A DNA stretch of 64,000 nucleotides from Phoronis australis (taxonomy: Eukaryota; Animalia; Phoronida), in NCBI GenBank assembly GCA_002633005.1, contig NMRA01000028.1:728260-792259 (forward strand). Reading direction: 5' to 3'. A program made the translations under genes and the position numbers. The notes beneath the pieces were generated by a model. That model did no database searches, was not told the DNA's origin, and saw only the letters and a list, made by a program, of their open reading frames with translations. This document shows, in pieces, positions 50,999 through 64,000 of this stretch (positions are counted from its first letter, which is position 1; each line of letters begins with the position of its first letter).

Positions 50999-53900
50999 TA
51001 GACCACTTACTGTCATAAAATTGGCCTTAGCTTGTTCCTTACTCAGATTAGAATGAGTTCTGGGTTTCTTTACAACTGACATTTCGTTATTCCTTGAGAT
51101 TGTGCTCAATACATAAAAATGACATGCTGTATTGCTGTGGCAAGTCAACTCAGAGTCTAGTATCATACAACAACAAAATGACATGCTGTGGCAAGTCAAC
51201 TCAGAGTCTAGTATCATACAACAACAAAATGACATGCTGTGGCAAGTCAACTCAAGAGACTGGTGTAATGCAACAACAAACTGCCAGTTGTTTTGAAGCC
51301 CTGAAAGCACCACTAAGGAACAATTCCTGAACAGTAAGTAGTAGTCTAAATCAAAAGTCTTTGTAATGTAGGACAGGTTTGTAGTTGGTAAAAGTACTAC
51401 CACCCAAAAGTAATATAGTACAACAATACTATTTATATTCATTTGTTTTTCCTAAGTAACAGACCACATAAATATCAATTTTGGCGTCTCCAAGCTAAAT
51501 ATAGAGAGAACGCTGAATTTGTTCACAAGAAGTGAGAACCAAAATATTGAGGCACCTCATCAATGTTCTGTTGACAAAACACCACACATGTACTAGTAAG
51601 TACACACAGTGACCCAACCTGGCTTGGGACATTCTGTCAACAAGTCACTGCCCCATAGTGACTGTGTAATAAACTCTGCCAAGTCCTGGTTCAAAGGAGA
51701 TAACAGCTCACTCAGGATATGACCACAAGTCAGTGATGAGTGCCACATAACATGTCCTGTTAGAAGCACTAATATGCAACTCATATTCAACTTCAGGACT
51801 CACAGCTTCAACCACATTACAGATGCATGAGCTAGGTTTGACCACTGAGCTATATAGCTCATTAAGTTGATAAAATCTGAACTTCATATCTAGGCCACTG
51901 GCTTTGGTAAAGATACATTACAATACATCACCAATAACAATGTCACAACACTGCAAAGACCTTGAGCTCTGAAAATTAATTGAGAACATTTTGAGCCTTT
52001 AATAGTGAGCAGGTAAAGAATACATTTAGGTACTTTAGCACCAGCTTCAGAATAAGTTCAGTTCTAAAGATGTCACATGTACTGTAAGAAATAATAGCTC
52101 AAGTGCTCAAACCAGTAAAAAAGTACATATCACCATTATCCAGCACTGCATGGTAACAAACATATCTACCTAAAAGTAATCAAGGCATGGCAAATAAACC
52201 TGTTCTCATCACCTTTTAAGAGTTTATCTGACACCTTTAAGGAGACCACCTGCCCACCAAGTCAAGCCTTACCACTGCACTACATTAAAATTCAGTAAAT
52301 TCCCAACTGTCTACTTTATAAGTAACAGCTGGCATGACATTATCCACTCCTGTCTGGGTCACATGACCAGGCAATATACACAGTCATGTAGCAATTCAAA
52401 AACCTCAGTGCATGTGTTGCCAAGACAATATTGTGAAATACATAGACTTGAGGAAAGTCAAAATGCAGAACAGTGCCGCAGACCCAATCAGTCTGCATGT
52501 AATTAGCCTACGGTGCATTTGCATACCAACAAATTAAGCATGTCTACCTAGCTACTGAACATCTTGACCTAAATTGAATAACTACAGCCATTTGTTTCAC
52601 TTGTTATCTTTCTCCTCCTATTTAGGTGAAGGCCAAAGACTTTCAGGGGCCAGAGTCAAAAACTTCTATCTGTGCCCCTGAGGAAATCCAGCAATCAAGT
52701 CCAGTACAAATACAGGCAGCTGACTACATGGCTAACAACCTTCCCCACCAGCTGTAGGGGCATTCTAATCAATGGCGTCATTTTCTTGTTAACGCAGTTC
52801 TTTTTTATAAGCTGTAGTTCACTTCTCATCAAGTGAAATTTACTCTTTACTAACTCAGTTCTTTTTTCATTAACTGTTTTGAACAAATTGTAATAGCCAT
52901 CCCAAGGCCATAAACACAGTTCCTTCCAACTGTAACACAGTGTAACAGTATTCATACCTGTTATCAAAATGCCTGCTCTACTACTTCATGGGCGGAGCGG
53001 CACTGAAAAAAGTGGGGGCTAAAGCCCCCTAGCCCCCCTGTGGTGCACCGCCTATAGACCACGTGCCACGCAGCACTGAAAAAAGTGGGGCTATAGCCCC
53101 CCTCCAGCCCCCTATGGTGTGCCGCCCATGTATTGAATGAAATAATAAAAAACATTATACAACACATACGCTACTCTCAGAAATCTCCTATTCGTGCTAT
53201 TAATTACAAAGACTCGTTTACAAAATGCATTTGTACATCATACCTCAAATTTTAACATTTGACTCTAAACTCATTTCCCACTCATGATTGTGTGAGTACT
53301 ATGTCTTCTCTTCCACTGTTTTGTAGTCACAAGCAACATCTCGCACACTGGAGAAACTCAATGAATACCTGCAACTCACTTCTCCGTTATACTGTCAAAA
53401 ACGTTCTAAATTTTATCATGCATCAATCTCAGTATTGTTCATCAATAGATTGTTTTTCAATCATAGAGTACAGGATGTCAACCCAAAATTATAGGAATCT
53501 CACAAAATGATAATGGTTCACAAGAAAAGAAATCGGTCAGTGAGAGAATCAAGTTAGTAAGATCTGAAATCTGGTGGAGCTCATGAGTAAGAACTGCGTT
53601 AAAGAGAAAACGTTACTGAGAATGGCTGAGCGGACCGTGAGAAAGAAAGATTGGCAGCGATGGACTAGGCATATGATCAACAGAGTGGAGAAAAACATTC
53701 TGGGGCCCCTTCCACAAAAACTGACTTAACTAAGACAAATCTTAAATTTCAGTCAATTTTAAGATGAAATTTAAAGTTCTCTCCAGTCTGTTTCAAGAAA
53801 GAGATCTACTACTTTGACTTAAGTTTTCGACTGAAGTTTTGTCTTAATTTTAACTATATTACCAGATGAGGAAGTTTCGGAGTTTGGAAGTTGAGACAAA

Positions 53901-56900
53901 TTCTAGACCTAAGTAAAAAAAGAACTTAAGTGAGTTTCTTGGAATGGGCCCGTGAACAACACTGATGTTCACATCACATACAAACCAACAGACAATTAAA
54001 GTAATCTCCCTTGCTTCACAATGGGAAAAGTGGCTAAACTTTGGACACACAAATTCTTAGCAAGAACCACATGGAAGATGTCACATTCACACCATGTTTT
54101 TGATCAAATTTGCCCATTTGCAAGCATTCCCAGCCCCTTTTAACAAGATTTCAGGAGAGGCTCAAATGTTTTGAGAGAGTGTTCAACAATTTTTTAAGAT
54201 CTTTTCATACATTTGTAACCAAGAGTCTCCTGAAAGAGGTAACAATAATACCAAGAGAGGTCACTGAGGTGCCAAAGTAGGTGCCATGTGGTTACAATCA
54301 AACTAAATATTTTGGTTGTTGAGCTTGTTGTAACACCAGAGGCAACACTTGCAGAAGTGGTCTGCACTGGACATGTGGTTAGTCAACCACATACGGTAGT
54401 GTTTGGTAAACCACTTCTAAATGCTTGCATCAGCCCCCTGAGGCTCAGAAATAGTGGACATTTTTATAGGAAGTAAGATGTGCACCATGGACTGGAGGTC
54501 AGATTCTCACCTCATCACCATCTACATAAACTATTTAAGAGAAGTCTTAGTAACATAAAATGATGAAAAATTTAGAGCAATTCTTTATTTTGATATTATA
54601 TCACTTTTATCAAACAAAGATAGATTTGGCGACTTGCAGCTTGCCAGTTGAGCAGACCACGTAAAAATCACAATTCGCCGCGAACACACTGGATTTATGT
54701 GAATTGCAATCAAGTCGGAAACGAAAAATTCATCTGTAACTCACTGTCTCACTTCAAAATTTGTGGTGACTTATGAACAAATTATTTTTCCAATAAAGAA
54801 TACTTTTGATTCACAATTTTCTATTTGCTTCAATTTATTTTGTGAAATCGGCATGTTTGCCACCCTCAGCACATATTTGAGCACACGGAAAAACTACAAC
54901 AGGATGTAAACACACGGGAGTTACAATAATTCTGCAAAAATCAATGGCCCCCAACCTGATCACGCATGCTACAACAAAATTATGTTCTGATTGACTGTTT
55001 TATTGTTCGATGAGTGCTGAACAGGAAACGCTAGGCTCACGCTAGGCTCACGCTAGCCAATCGCCAGCTCTCCATTGGTGACTTCTGAGCGATGGTAGAG
55101 CTAAGTCCATTCACCAACTTGACAAATGCATTCGGAACTTGACAATACAAATTTATTTCCGGAAACTTACTCGCGTGTGGATTCACAGTTAGCTTGAATC
55201 AAGTCCCACCTCAAACGACATTCCTACTTCGATTCGGAACCCTAAAAACAGCAAGCGAATATTCCATTTCGTGTCCTTCACTCCTCCTAAAATCACTTTT
55301 TACAGGAACGAAATGTTCAACTGTGTAGGGGGGAGGGGGCTCAGCGCTCTCAGTAAAGCCAATTTCTCACTTCATAGTGAGATCTCATGTAGGTGCTGCC
55401 ACTTGTCGTTTGCAAGTGACAATGGCAAGAAGACGAATAGAAGACTATTTCAGCTGCAAACACAACCCAGTCTCTCAATAACTTTTTACACTGGCAACAT
55501 GGTGTGAGCCGGTCCGAAGGTATTAAATTACCCAGGGGGTGAAACTGAACTGAGTTGAGCTGACTCAAACATGCAATATGAACTCAAGGTTTAAATTTAT
55601 TATTTTCATATTACATGAATTTCTCCTAATTCATAACTAACTTTACCTATAAGCACATAATTTGTCATGCCACACTGACAGATTTTCTTTTCAAAGAGTA
55701 AAAAGTGCAGACAACGCCGGGAAGAACGAGTTGTTATATATTTTTAAATCAAAATATGTCACATGACATGTCAGACCTAGTCAACTCGTTAAATGTCACA
55801 AGTGTAAAAAGTTATTGGGAGATTAAGACGCCGCGGTGGACAAACGACAGCAAAGAAAAGAAAATGTCAATTTGTTACTTAATAAGTTTTATATTCACTA
55901 CTCTGCATGATTCAGTTTATATTTGCAAGTCACAAGTTAATTGTTAACGTTTTTGGACCTAAATATCTTGCTCATCAAAATGCCCACATGGCCGATGTAC
56001 CTCCGCCGTAACCCAGGGATAGGGGTGAATTCCTGCCAATTTTTTTAGGTCAATATCAATGAAATGTCAAATTTGGAAAAGAGAAAGTATTTGGCTAATA
56101 CTTTTTGAAAATGGCTAAAAAATTTCTGATGCTTTAGCCATTTTGGCTAATACCTTTAAAAGTCTAGCGCAAGCCTAGAAATGGGTCATCATTTATCCCT
56201 ATTTTCCCTTTCAACTAAAAAATAACATGCATCGTATACAGAGCACATAAATTATTTCAAACTAAAGAGACCAATACTATTGACCTTAAAATAGCCTTTA
56301 AGGAATGAAAAAATAAGTCTTAATTCTTTCCTCACATCTGTCACCATGGAAGATAAGGAGGTGTGCCATATGCAAAGAACAGACATAAAAATCAAAATAA
56401 AAAGGCCACTAGGGGAAGTAAAGTAGGTTAAATCCATCTGAAACGGGGCTTGTGCTATCCTCTACATGATAGTAACTTACCGGTATTTGCCAAATTTCAT
56501 AAACCTCCACCAAGAAATAGATATCAAGACAAACGCAAACAAAACAAACTTTTCACTTGGAGACTCACTGGCACTAGGAATGCCACAATAGTTGAAGCTG
56601 TCTAAATGACAGCCACGCTCTTCTCAGTAGGAACATTTACCAATTTTGATAATAATCCTTAGAATGGTTTGGAAGATGGAGAGGCGGACACCAAAGAAAA
56701 ATGACTCAAAAATCATAAACCTTTAACTGAGTACCAGTAAAAATCTAATAGTAGTCATTGCTGTCTCAACAGAATAGAAATCCACCATCTGATCAGTTTG
56801 AAACAGCTTCACAACTTTACATATGGTTATTCATAGGACAGTGAATCCTGACAGATCTCTTGTGAGGTTACATTTGAGTGATAGACTTGTAGGTGGGCTC

Positions 56901-59900
56901 AGTTTGCTGATGGTGGAGGAGATACAAGACTGATCAGGATAAATTACAATTCACACAAAACTATTGGTGAATACAATGGATGAAGAGGGAGTAACATGGC
57001 AGTTGAGCGCTCACTCTAAATGGCTGATATGTCAACTGGTTCTACTTGATATGCTGGCACATTTTAGAGGTACTATAGATGGTCAAAGAACAAGCCCATA
57101 AATTTGGGCACAGTAGATCAATAGTTTCTAGGAGACACTTGAACTGTCGGCAATAACATCATGATTCCACCAGTACACAGTTCTTTTCCACAATATAAAG
57201 CACTGTCATTCTCTTGCAAGGCCATTACACAAATGTCTTTGTTAACTATTTTACTTATTCACAACAAATGTTTACCCACATAATTTCCATAGGTGACAAG
57301 CCTAATTGGCAACATACAAAACAAGAAATGATTCGTTCCCACAACTTGGGAAACCAACCACTTAGTAAACAAAACTGGCCAAAAACTCTCCAGTTTCTAA
57401 TTGTGCCCGGGAGTTTCCACTGGAAAATCCCAAGCCAATGTCACTGGTGTTCCAAAATTTTATGCCTCAAATTTCCCGTGACATGTCTGACGCATATCAA
57501 TGGAGGAAATCGGCAGGTTGGGTGTCGTCCACTTTAGACTGATACCGGTAACTACTGATAACTTACAGTTCATGGGTTGAGCCAGAGATAACTGTATTAA
57601 AATAAATTTCTATCAAAATGAACCACTGAATGTACAATACACACAGACACCCTAAAACATTCTGCATCAATAAGGCGTTAGCATCCACATCTTTACACTC
57701 AGAGGTTCAAATGTTGGCAACTGTCCATCCTGCAAGCATTCCATAGCTGTGAAAAATACCTTCAAACAGAACAAGCAACCTACCCCAAGCATCCAAATGA
57801 CTGTTGAAACTAATCTAGTAAACTTACCAGAGGCAGACAAATGGATATCACTTATGGAAATATTTACAAAGTGCTATCTGCAGCAGATAAGTTCAGCTAG
57901 CTGCCTTACACTGGCTCAATAATGAGGCACACATAAACATAGGAAGAGTTGATATTAGCTGACATGAGGAGCATAAGAATGTTGAGTGAATCACTACATC
58001 ATTGCAACTACAGCTTGATTGAGCACCACATCCACTTGGTGCCCTACATTGAAAAGGACAACTTTTGAGCTCTAAGATAGACCAGAACGAGGTCACAGAT
58101 CTCACCATGTTCCAACATTGTTGGACCAAATTAGTCTCACATTGGAACACCACATCACAGAAATACCCAAAGTCTAATCTCCGCACTCAAAATTGACATA
58201 ACTTTTCACATATTCCGCTCTGCTTTCGTGCAAACCCAAAATAAGTGTCTAATATTCGGTACTTGAATATATTACTGTTCCCGCAAATGAGAGTCAACAT
58301 GACTTTAGAAAGTACTAGCTGCTAAACTAGTGCCTATCAATTGTGTTATCTATCAGCAAAGTGGAAGTCTGTTCTAATGAAGTGATTGGGTTTCTCCCGC
58401 AGACAACAGTCCTTCAACTACACACCCTCAAGCAGCACCAGGAAACTGTCGATTAATTCAAAAACCAGAAATTCAATTAGAGGACAGCATGAGAAAGTCA
58501 TCAGTTTAACTGAGCCCAATTTAGCAAGTTTGTTTCTGTATTTTTATGGATTATATAAGTAGCTTGTCACTCAGCAGTCAACAGGTCTTGATAGAAGTTT
58601 TAAAATGGGCAGCTGGCACAGTGCCGGGAAGAGTGAGAGACAAAGTTCAGGAAAACAATAAGCATTCCAACTTGCAGTGTTCAGCAGATCTCACGGGGTG
58701 CACTTACGAGCAGTTTGAAAACTACTCAAGCATTTAACTTTAATGCTGCATTTTGCACCACACTCTCAGCACCGTGTAATTGACACAATGCACCCTGACG
58801 CAGCCCAACTTTGACGGCAAACAAAATGACCCGGTTAGCATTGTGTGACCTTGTGACCCATTTTTGAGGTAGTTGCACCCAATCATATGGTTCCGCGTCA
58901 ACGAAACATCTTACACACAGACCAATGGCAATGCCCAAGTTTACGTCCCTATTGCACATGTACAACCAAACCCAAAAGCCCGTTCCCATTAGACTTTTCA
59001 AAATGTCAGACATTCCTGAGTTGAGTGTCCTCTTTGACAGTTCCTTGATGCCAGCAATGCTACTCAAAATGTCATAACACAAGTTTGCCAAACGAATTTC
59101 ATAATACCAGGTAATTGGAATATGAGATGGTAACTAGTACATTTGCATGAAGAGCAGGATAGGTGCTGGACATATGTGATGCATTGTGGGTAAATAACTT
59201 GGAATGAGAGTGGTGTGGTTTTTCAGGATGGGTCTATTGAAATACACTCCATAATCTTTGTGCTACTTTATTATCTTGTAAAACAATTTATTTGTCACCC
59301 ATAGGGTTTTTCATCATTTGCAATCAGCTTGGCAACGCATTTCATAAGCTGAAATGGTTGACTGGACAGGGTTTTTAAGACAGAATCCTCCAGGCTTTAG
59401 ATTAGAACAGAAAGGGAACCCCCAAGCTAGCATACCAACAATACAATATGCCTGGATCCAGTTCACAGTGGTGCAGCCAATGAACATATGGCAAAAATTA
59501 GGTCAATCAACCACCAGACAGCACACACACGCACGCACACACACACACACACACACGCAAACACGCACACGCACACGCACACACACACACACTACATTCC
59601 CATCAGTTATTTGAACCACAGACACCTGGCTTGAGATGCAGTTTAGACCTACTAAAGTCTGGTGTCGATCAAAAGATACATACAATACAGTTGACATTTA
59701 AGCAAAGCATGTCGTTGAAATTTACTCTCCCATCCCATCTCCTGTTTTTTAGACAATGGAGTTACAAATTTAACGAGAATCGTGCAGGACAAGGAAGCGT
59801 GTGACAGGACACTTCCTACCAGGAAGTGAACGATCTAGATTGGCTGTTCACCATAGTTTTGACTAGAAACACTGAGTCCTCTGACTAAACATATGTGTTC

Positions 59901-62900
59901 TCCTTGTTTCATGTAGTACTTTCTTTGACATGAAAGTGATTAGACAGATCCCAAGACGGAACAACACTCACTGACAGTGCAAATTTAAGTCACTATACGA
60001 CAATCTTTGTGAAGACCTTTCATGTGTCATCAAATAACTGTTGATGTTCAACCAATGAAAGTACGACTGAAAAATCTAAACTGTATTCTCAAAACATCAC
60101 ACAACGATTTACTATCACTTTTGAGAAAAATTCCATTTTTGCATTGAGCATGAATTTCTAAAAATCAAAAGTTGCAGCCGACTTTGTCTCTCACAGTTAA
60201 TACACACAGAATCGCATCTCAGATTTTTGATTTAACCTCAAACAACAGAAATATCAGACAACAAGTTTTAAAACAGCCACCAGAGTCATCATTTTTGACC
60301 GCTGGTATCTTAGTTGTGTAAAAGAAAATTAAAAATTCTCGAGACAAGATTTCCTCAACCACAGATTATAAAATAAGTGTACAAACTCTGCACTTAAGAG
60401 AAATCAACATTTAAAACCGTTAGAATATTTGTGATATAATTGAAGTCAATTGATGTTGTTCAATGCTACAGGTACAAATAAAAAAATAAATACATTTTTA
60501 CACAGTATTGCATGACAGCTGACAACTACGGTACCTTAAAGCAGCTGAATACAACATTCTTAAAGGCCCCTGATTGGCTTACAACCACCGTGATTTTTTA
60601 GCGTCACTACTTAAGGGTTAAACTCAGAAGAATATAGTATTTACCAATCTAGTTTAAAGGTAAAATATTTAGGTTGTCATTTCCAGTTAGCTAAGAACTA
60701 ACTTTGCAATTACCATGTGTATACCATCTTGAAAAAAGCTCATGAACTATTTCTTGGTCTTTTATCTAGATCTATTGTCAATGACAAGGATGTTGTACAT
60801 TGTATCTCTATATCAGTCTACAGCTTATCCAGTCTAAGTCGGGATTTCAGTATGATTAAAATAATTTTTGCGGTAATTGAATAAGCAACAATCTCCATCA
60901 CTATCGTTATCGTTATATTTAGACTTTCTCATGGTGGAGACTGATACCTTATCTATAAACTGAGAGTACAATGGAGACTGAGAGTACACTGTCTATGACG
61001 ACAAGATTTCTTGTTGTTGTTGCATGGTGACTCACCACGAATCTTTGATAAAGGAAATCAGTGAAAATTTGGAAACTTTCACTTTAAATAACACGTGCTT
61101 TCAACGAACAGAGTGAAAAATTCTGCAATGATGTTTGCTTCCAAGCAGCTGTGCATGTTACCAAAATCTTCTCTTAGTGGAAAAACCTAATTTTTTTCTG
61201 CTCATACCTCTTTCAAAGATCCTGTGGCACATTTTCAAAAGCTAATTGGATTTCACACCAAACGTACAGGGGATGATTGCACAAATATTTATACACAGCA
61301 ACAGAATGTTATGAGTCAAGCACCATGTATGCATTGTTTAAACAATGACTTATAATTAGCTGTTTTGCTTAAGTGAAATGTGAATTCAGTCGGCACAATA
61401 TGGAAAGATATCTGAAACAAAGCAAACCTAATGGTGTAAAGTAAAAAGCAATCCAGGCTTGTTCAAGTACATGTAAAAAATGATTACCATACAAACACGC
61501 ATGAGGTGATTATCATGAAACGCAGATATCGTATCGTGAGCTGACAAAAACATTAAGCACATGGATTCCAGGTATGTTGTGAAAGTGGTTTAGTCTTTTT
61601 CTTGGTTGACAAGGGTCAAACCAGCTACCCATTGTACCAGGGTCAAGAATGCAAACCGTTCAGCCAATGGACAACTGTGATTTAGAGCGAGGCACGACAT
61701 TACCAGAAGTCAAGTCCGACTGGGCCCAGTTGAAAATCAGTGTATTCACTGAAGTTGTCTTTTAAATAAGTTTAAGTAAATAAATGTGATACAACATGTA
61801 GAAGGCATGACATAATAAAGCTGCATTACATCCATGCTTTCTGTCAAAAAACATGTTTTAATTTAGGCCACTTAACGTTATGAAATTGACAATGGCATGG
61901 GGAATACGACGCTTGCCTTGAACATGGTGATATTTCTGCATGTACTGCCAGCTTCTTTTATCAACCGCCTTTTCTCTGTGTTTGTTAGCACCCAATACTG
62001 TATTCTGGTTCATTTAGGTCTGTCAACTACAACATTGTTGTAGATGTGCTTCTCATGAATCATGAGGTTCTGACAGCCACTCGGTAATGGGCAAATGACT
62101 ATTAGCCCAATGGTTAGCTCGCTTACCGGTCTATTGGGATCACCGGTTCGATTCCTGGGTCAGGTGATCTTGGCAATCAACACTACAACAGGAATACCTT
62201 TTGATTCAGAAAGTGTAGACAAAATTGGGTCATTGTTGTGTACACTTGATCCACCCATTTACCTAATCATGACATCATGATGGTGATTCCAAAAATGTGT
62301 TATTCGTAACGATTTGTCTCTTTAACAAAAAAGTGGGAGTAATCGACAAGTGGTAAACAAGTGGAAGTTAGATTATAATATGACTAATGTTACTGGCAGG
62401 TTAAAATACCCAAACACATTATGCGACACCTTCTGCATAGAATCAATTTCAGTCGAGGAAACCCATTAGTTATCATTCTGGCCAAGAGGTGTCGCACTTT
62501 TGAAATGACTGCCATCTGAGATCGACATACAAATGAATGAAAAAGATTAAGAAGAGACCAATTAGTATGAGTAATATACTTTTGGCGTAATAGTCAGATA
62601 GAAGTGTCCCTGATTTGAGAACCAGTTACTCCAACTCAACAATGCCTGTTATTCAGTGCGATTAACTGGTTCTCAAATTACATTTAAATCGGCAACCCAC
62701 CTATCTGACTATTACCATTTTTTTGAAAATGCCATGACAAAAGGATCAGAAAACAGTAATAACAAGCATGTACGTACAGTCGGACTGTAAACAATAACCC
62801 AAAGTTGTGATACCTAAGGATAACTATCTTCTTGACTTTGAGCGTGTTTATAAATACTTACTTAGACAGGTTACCTGTCTAGCAATAGGGGATTCAATGG

Positions 62901-63159
62901 ACTATCCATCTGGCCAGTGCCCAAGAACGGATGTACAACATAAAAAAATCCCAGCTCATTCACTAAATGCACTGTGAAGCTGGAGAACGAAACTACGTCT
63001 GTAAAGAAAATGACATACACAAACAGGTCATCGCAAACAAACTACATTTTCTGTTAGCAGCCCTACCGCTTTCCGAAAGGTTGCCAGGAGGCCGTACAGT
63101 TTTCTCTCCGGCGGTGACTTGGTCAGCCAGCCCTGGCAGATGACCTCCATGTTGCTCAT
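40142..63159 (-). CDS. GAB1: GRB2-associated binder (GAB/Daughter of sevenless family) docking protein; 6 coding exons, ~794 aa
   Basis: Exons (minus strand): 63067-63159 (MSNMEVICQGWLTKSPPERKL...), 48989-49319 (KWRRRYFVL...YYLATATEDEMTRWVDCLC, PH domain), 45875-47335 (YxxP, YVN, YxxM, PPPRPPK motifs), 45073-45175, 42949-43060, 40142-40426 (IQYLDL...TEYREID tandem SHP2-type tyrosines, TGA). Phases match, total 2385 nt. Symbol is family-level (GAB1/2/3 co-ortholog). Confidence 0.92.
40964..41041. repeat. 26-bp tandem repeat x3
   Basis: ACAGGTAGATAAGCACCACCTATTGA x3. Confidence 0.9.
42299..42355. repeat. (TG)n microsatellite
   Basis: Interrupted TG run. Confidence 0.95.
43463..43707. repeat. 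27-bp intronic minisatellite x9
   Basis: GAATGCCTGGCCGTACTACTGACCAAA about 9 times. Confidence 0.93.
44090..44330. repeat. Degenerate ~51-bp minisatellite
   Basis: About 5 copies of GACTATAGCAACACAGTATATAACTGCACCACC..CATATTGCAAAC. Confidence 0.8.
51116..51254. repeat. 51-bp tandem repeat x2.5
   Basis: TGCTGTGGCAAGTCAACTCA at 51133, 51184 and 51235. Confidence 0.9.
52987..53130. mobile_element. Small GC-rich MITE-like element (hAT-like ends)
   Basis: CATGGGCGG...CCGCCCATG termini; internal duplicate GCACTGAAAAAAGTGGGGGCTA.AGCCCCC; no clear TSD. Confidence 0.6.
53703..53951. mobile_element. MITE with GGGCCC-starting TIRs (Harbinger-like)
   Basis: GGGCCCCTTCCACAAAAACTGACTTAA vs right reverse complement GGGCCCATTCCAAGAAACTCACTTAA. 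Confidence 0.7.
59521..59592. repeat. (CA)n/(CACG)n microsatellite
   Basis: Compound CA run. Confidence 0.95.
62095..62165 (+). mobile_element. Decayed tRNA-derived SINE head
   Basis: A-box-like TAGCCCAATGG and B box GGTTCGATTCC at tRNA-like spacing. Confidence 0.5.
62587..62715. repeat. Nested inverted repeats (foldback/MITE remnant)
   Basis: Outer 15-bp perfect IR 62587-62601/62701-62715; inner 16-bp perfect IR 62613-62628/62663-62678. Confidence 0.8.
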
Positions 63160-63300
63160 TCTTTTAGTTGGCATCTAAAGCGGAGTTCGTGTTGTTTGCA
63201 TTTTATCAACCAGGAATTACACGATTATTGCAACCAGACCTTTGGACGAGGAAGTAGGTAAAACAAGTATGGCGACTTCCTCTGAATGAGGTTGCTCCGA

Positions 63301-63380
63301 CCCGTATTGGAATCTGGCCCGTATTGGAATGACGTCATCATTCCAATACGGGAAGTAGTTTCTGGCCCGTATTGGAATGA
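63301..63380. promoter_or_regulatory. GAB proximal promoter: four CCCGTATTGGAAT (CCAAT) units around a CRE
   Basis: Direct copies at 63301, 63318 and 63366, inverted copy at 63340-63352, TGACGTCA at 63330-63337; ~140-220 bp upstream of the GAB ATG. Confidence 0.7.
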
Positions 63381-64000
63381 GCGGTCGTTGTCGTTTCGTT
63401 GCTCTTGGTTTGTTGAAGTGTGCAAGATTTCTTGTGTTAAATTCGTAAGATATAAGGTATTTTTAACCAGAATTGTGTTAGGTTTAATCAGGGATTTTTT
63501 CTACAGATTTTTATTGTGTTTCTTAGTGTTATTAGACACGTGTGTTGCACTGTTACAGACTTCATTTTCTCGACACGTGTATCAGCTTACCAGGCCCCTT
63601 CTTTACTGCTGGTTTTAACTTTTTTCTGTGTACTTGTTGCCTACTTTTGTGATTTATCTCATCAGTTAGTTTATACAAATGGGCATACACCGTGAACACA
63701 TGGGCAAATGCGTTGCTGGAGCTGTGAAGGCTAACAACAGCCGGTTCTGTCTCGGACAGAAATATGCAAGAATTCCCAGGCGTCCACAGTGTAATAGTAT
63801 TGTGATTTGTACTGGAACTACACTTGCCTTATATGGCACAATTAGTTAGAATGGTTTATTAGATAAGTCTTGCCAAACAGTTCTATGAAATATGACTCAT
63901 ATGCATGTGGTCTTGTGTATTGCAAAAACATGTTGTTGAACAGTAGTTAGTCAGTCCGCAATAAAGTAGTGTTCAAGTAAAGACGTCTTCTTCACTCCTC

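Noticed and set aside
49320-63066. Nested protein-coding gene in the 13.7-kb GAB intron 1
   Set aside because: The short ORFs show no recognisable protein signature or consistent exon chain by eye.

Overview
AT-rich, intron-rich animal genomic DNA. An invertebrate origin is inferred, and a mollusc-like lophotrochozoan is plausible but cannot be proven here. It comes from a gapped draft assembly. Three spliced genes can be reconstructed with consistent GT-AG sites and reading phases: CDC20/fizzy (minus strand, 10 coding exons, ~526 aa), a cohesin SA/STAG subunit (plus strand, 24 visible coding exons plus more hidden in the 22757-23074 gap) and a GAB/DOS-family PH-domain docking protein (minus strand, 6 coding exons, ~794 aa). 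CDC20 and STAG are head-to-head around ~13.1 kb, with E2F, CHR and CCAAT motifs between them. The most striking feature is a set of minisatellites whose unit is an exon-intron junction itself, giving runs of 4-10 intact splice sites. There are four such arrays in STAG (63-bp acceptor; 60-, 40- and 63-bp donor) and one decayed case in CDC20. Three of the four STAG arrays are frame-preserving and stop-free. Also present: four near-identical duplications next to N gaps (probably uncollapsed haplotypes), a perfect 110-bp palindrome with an 8-bp target-site duplication, a probable haplotype-specific LTR, several MITE/SINE remnants, and a CCAAT/CRE palindromic cluster upstream of GAB. All homology calls rest on my recall of the families, not on database searches.
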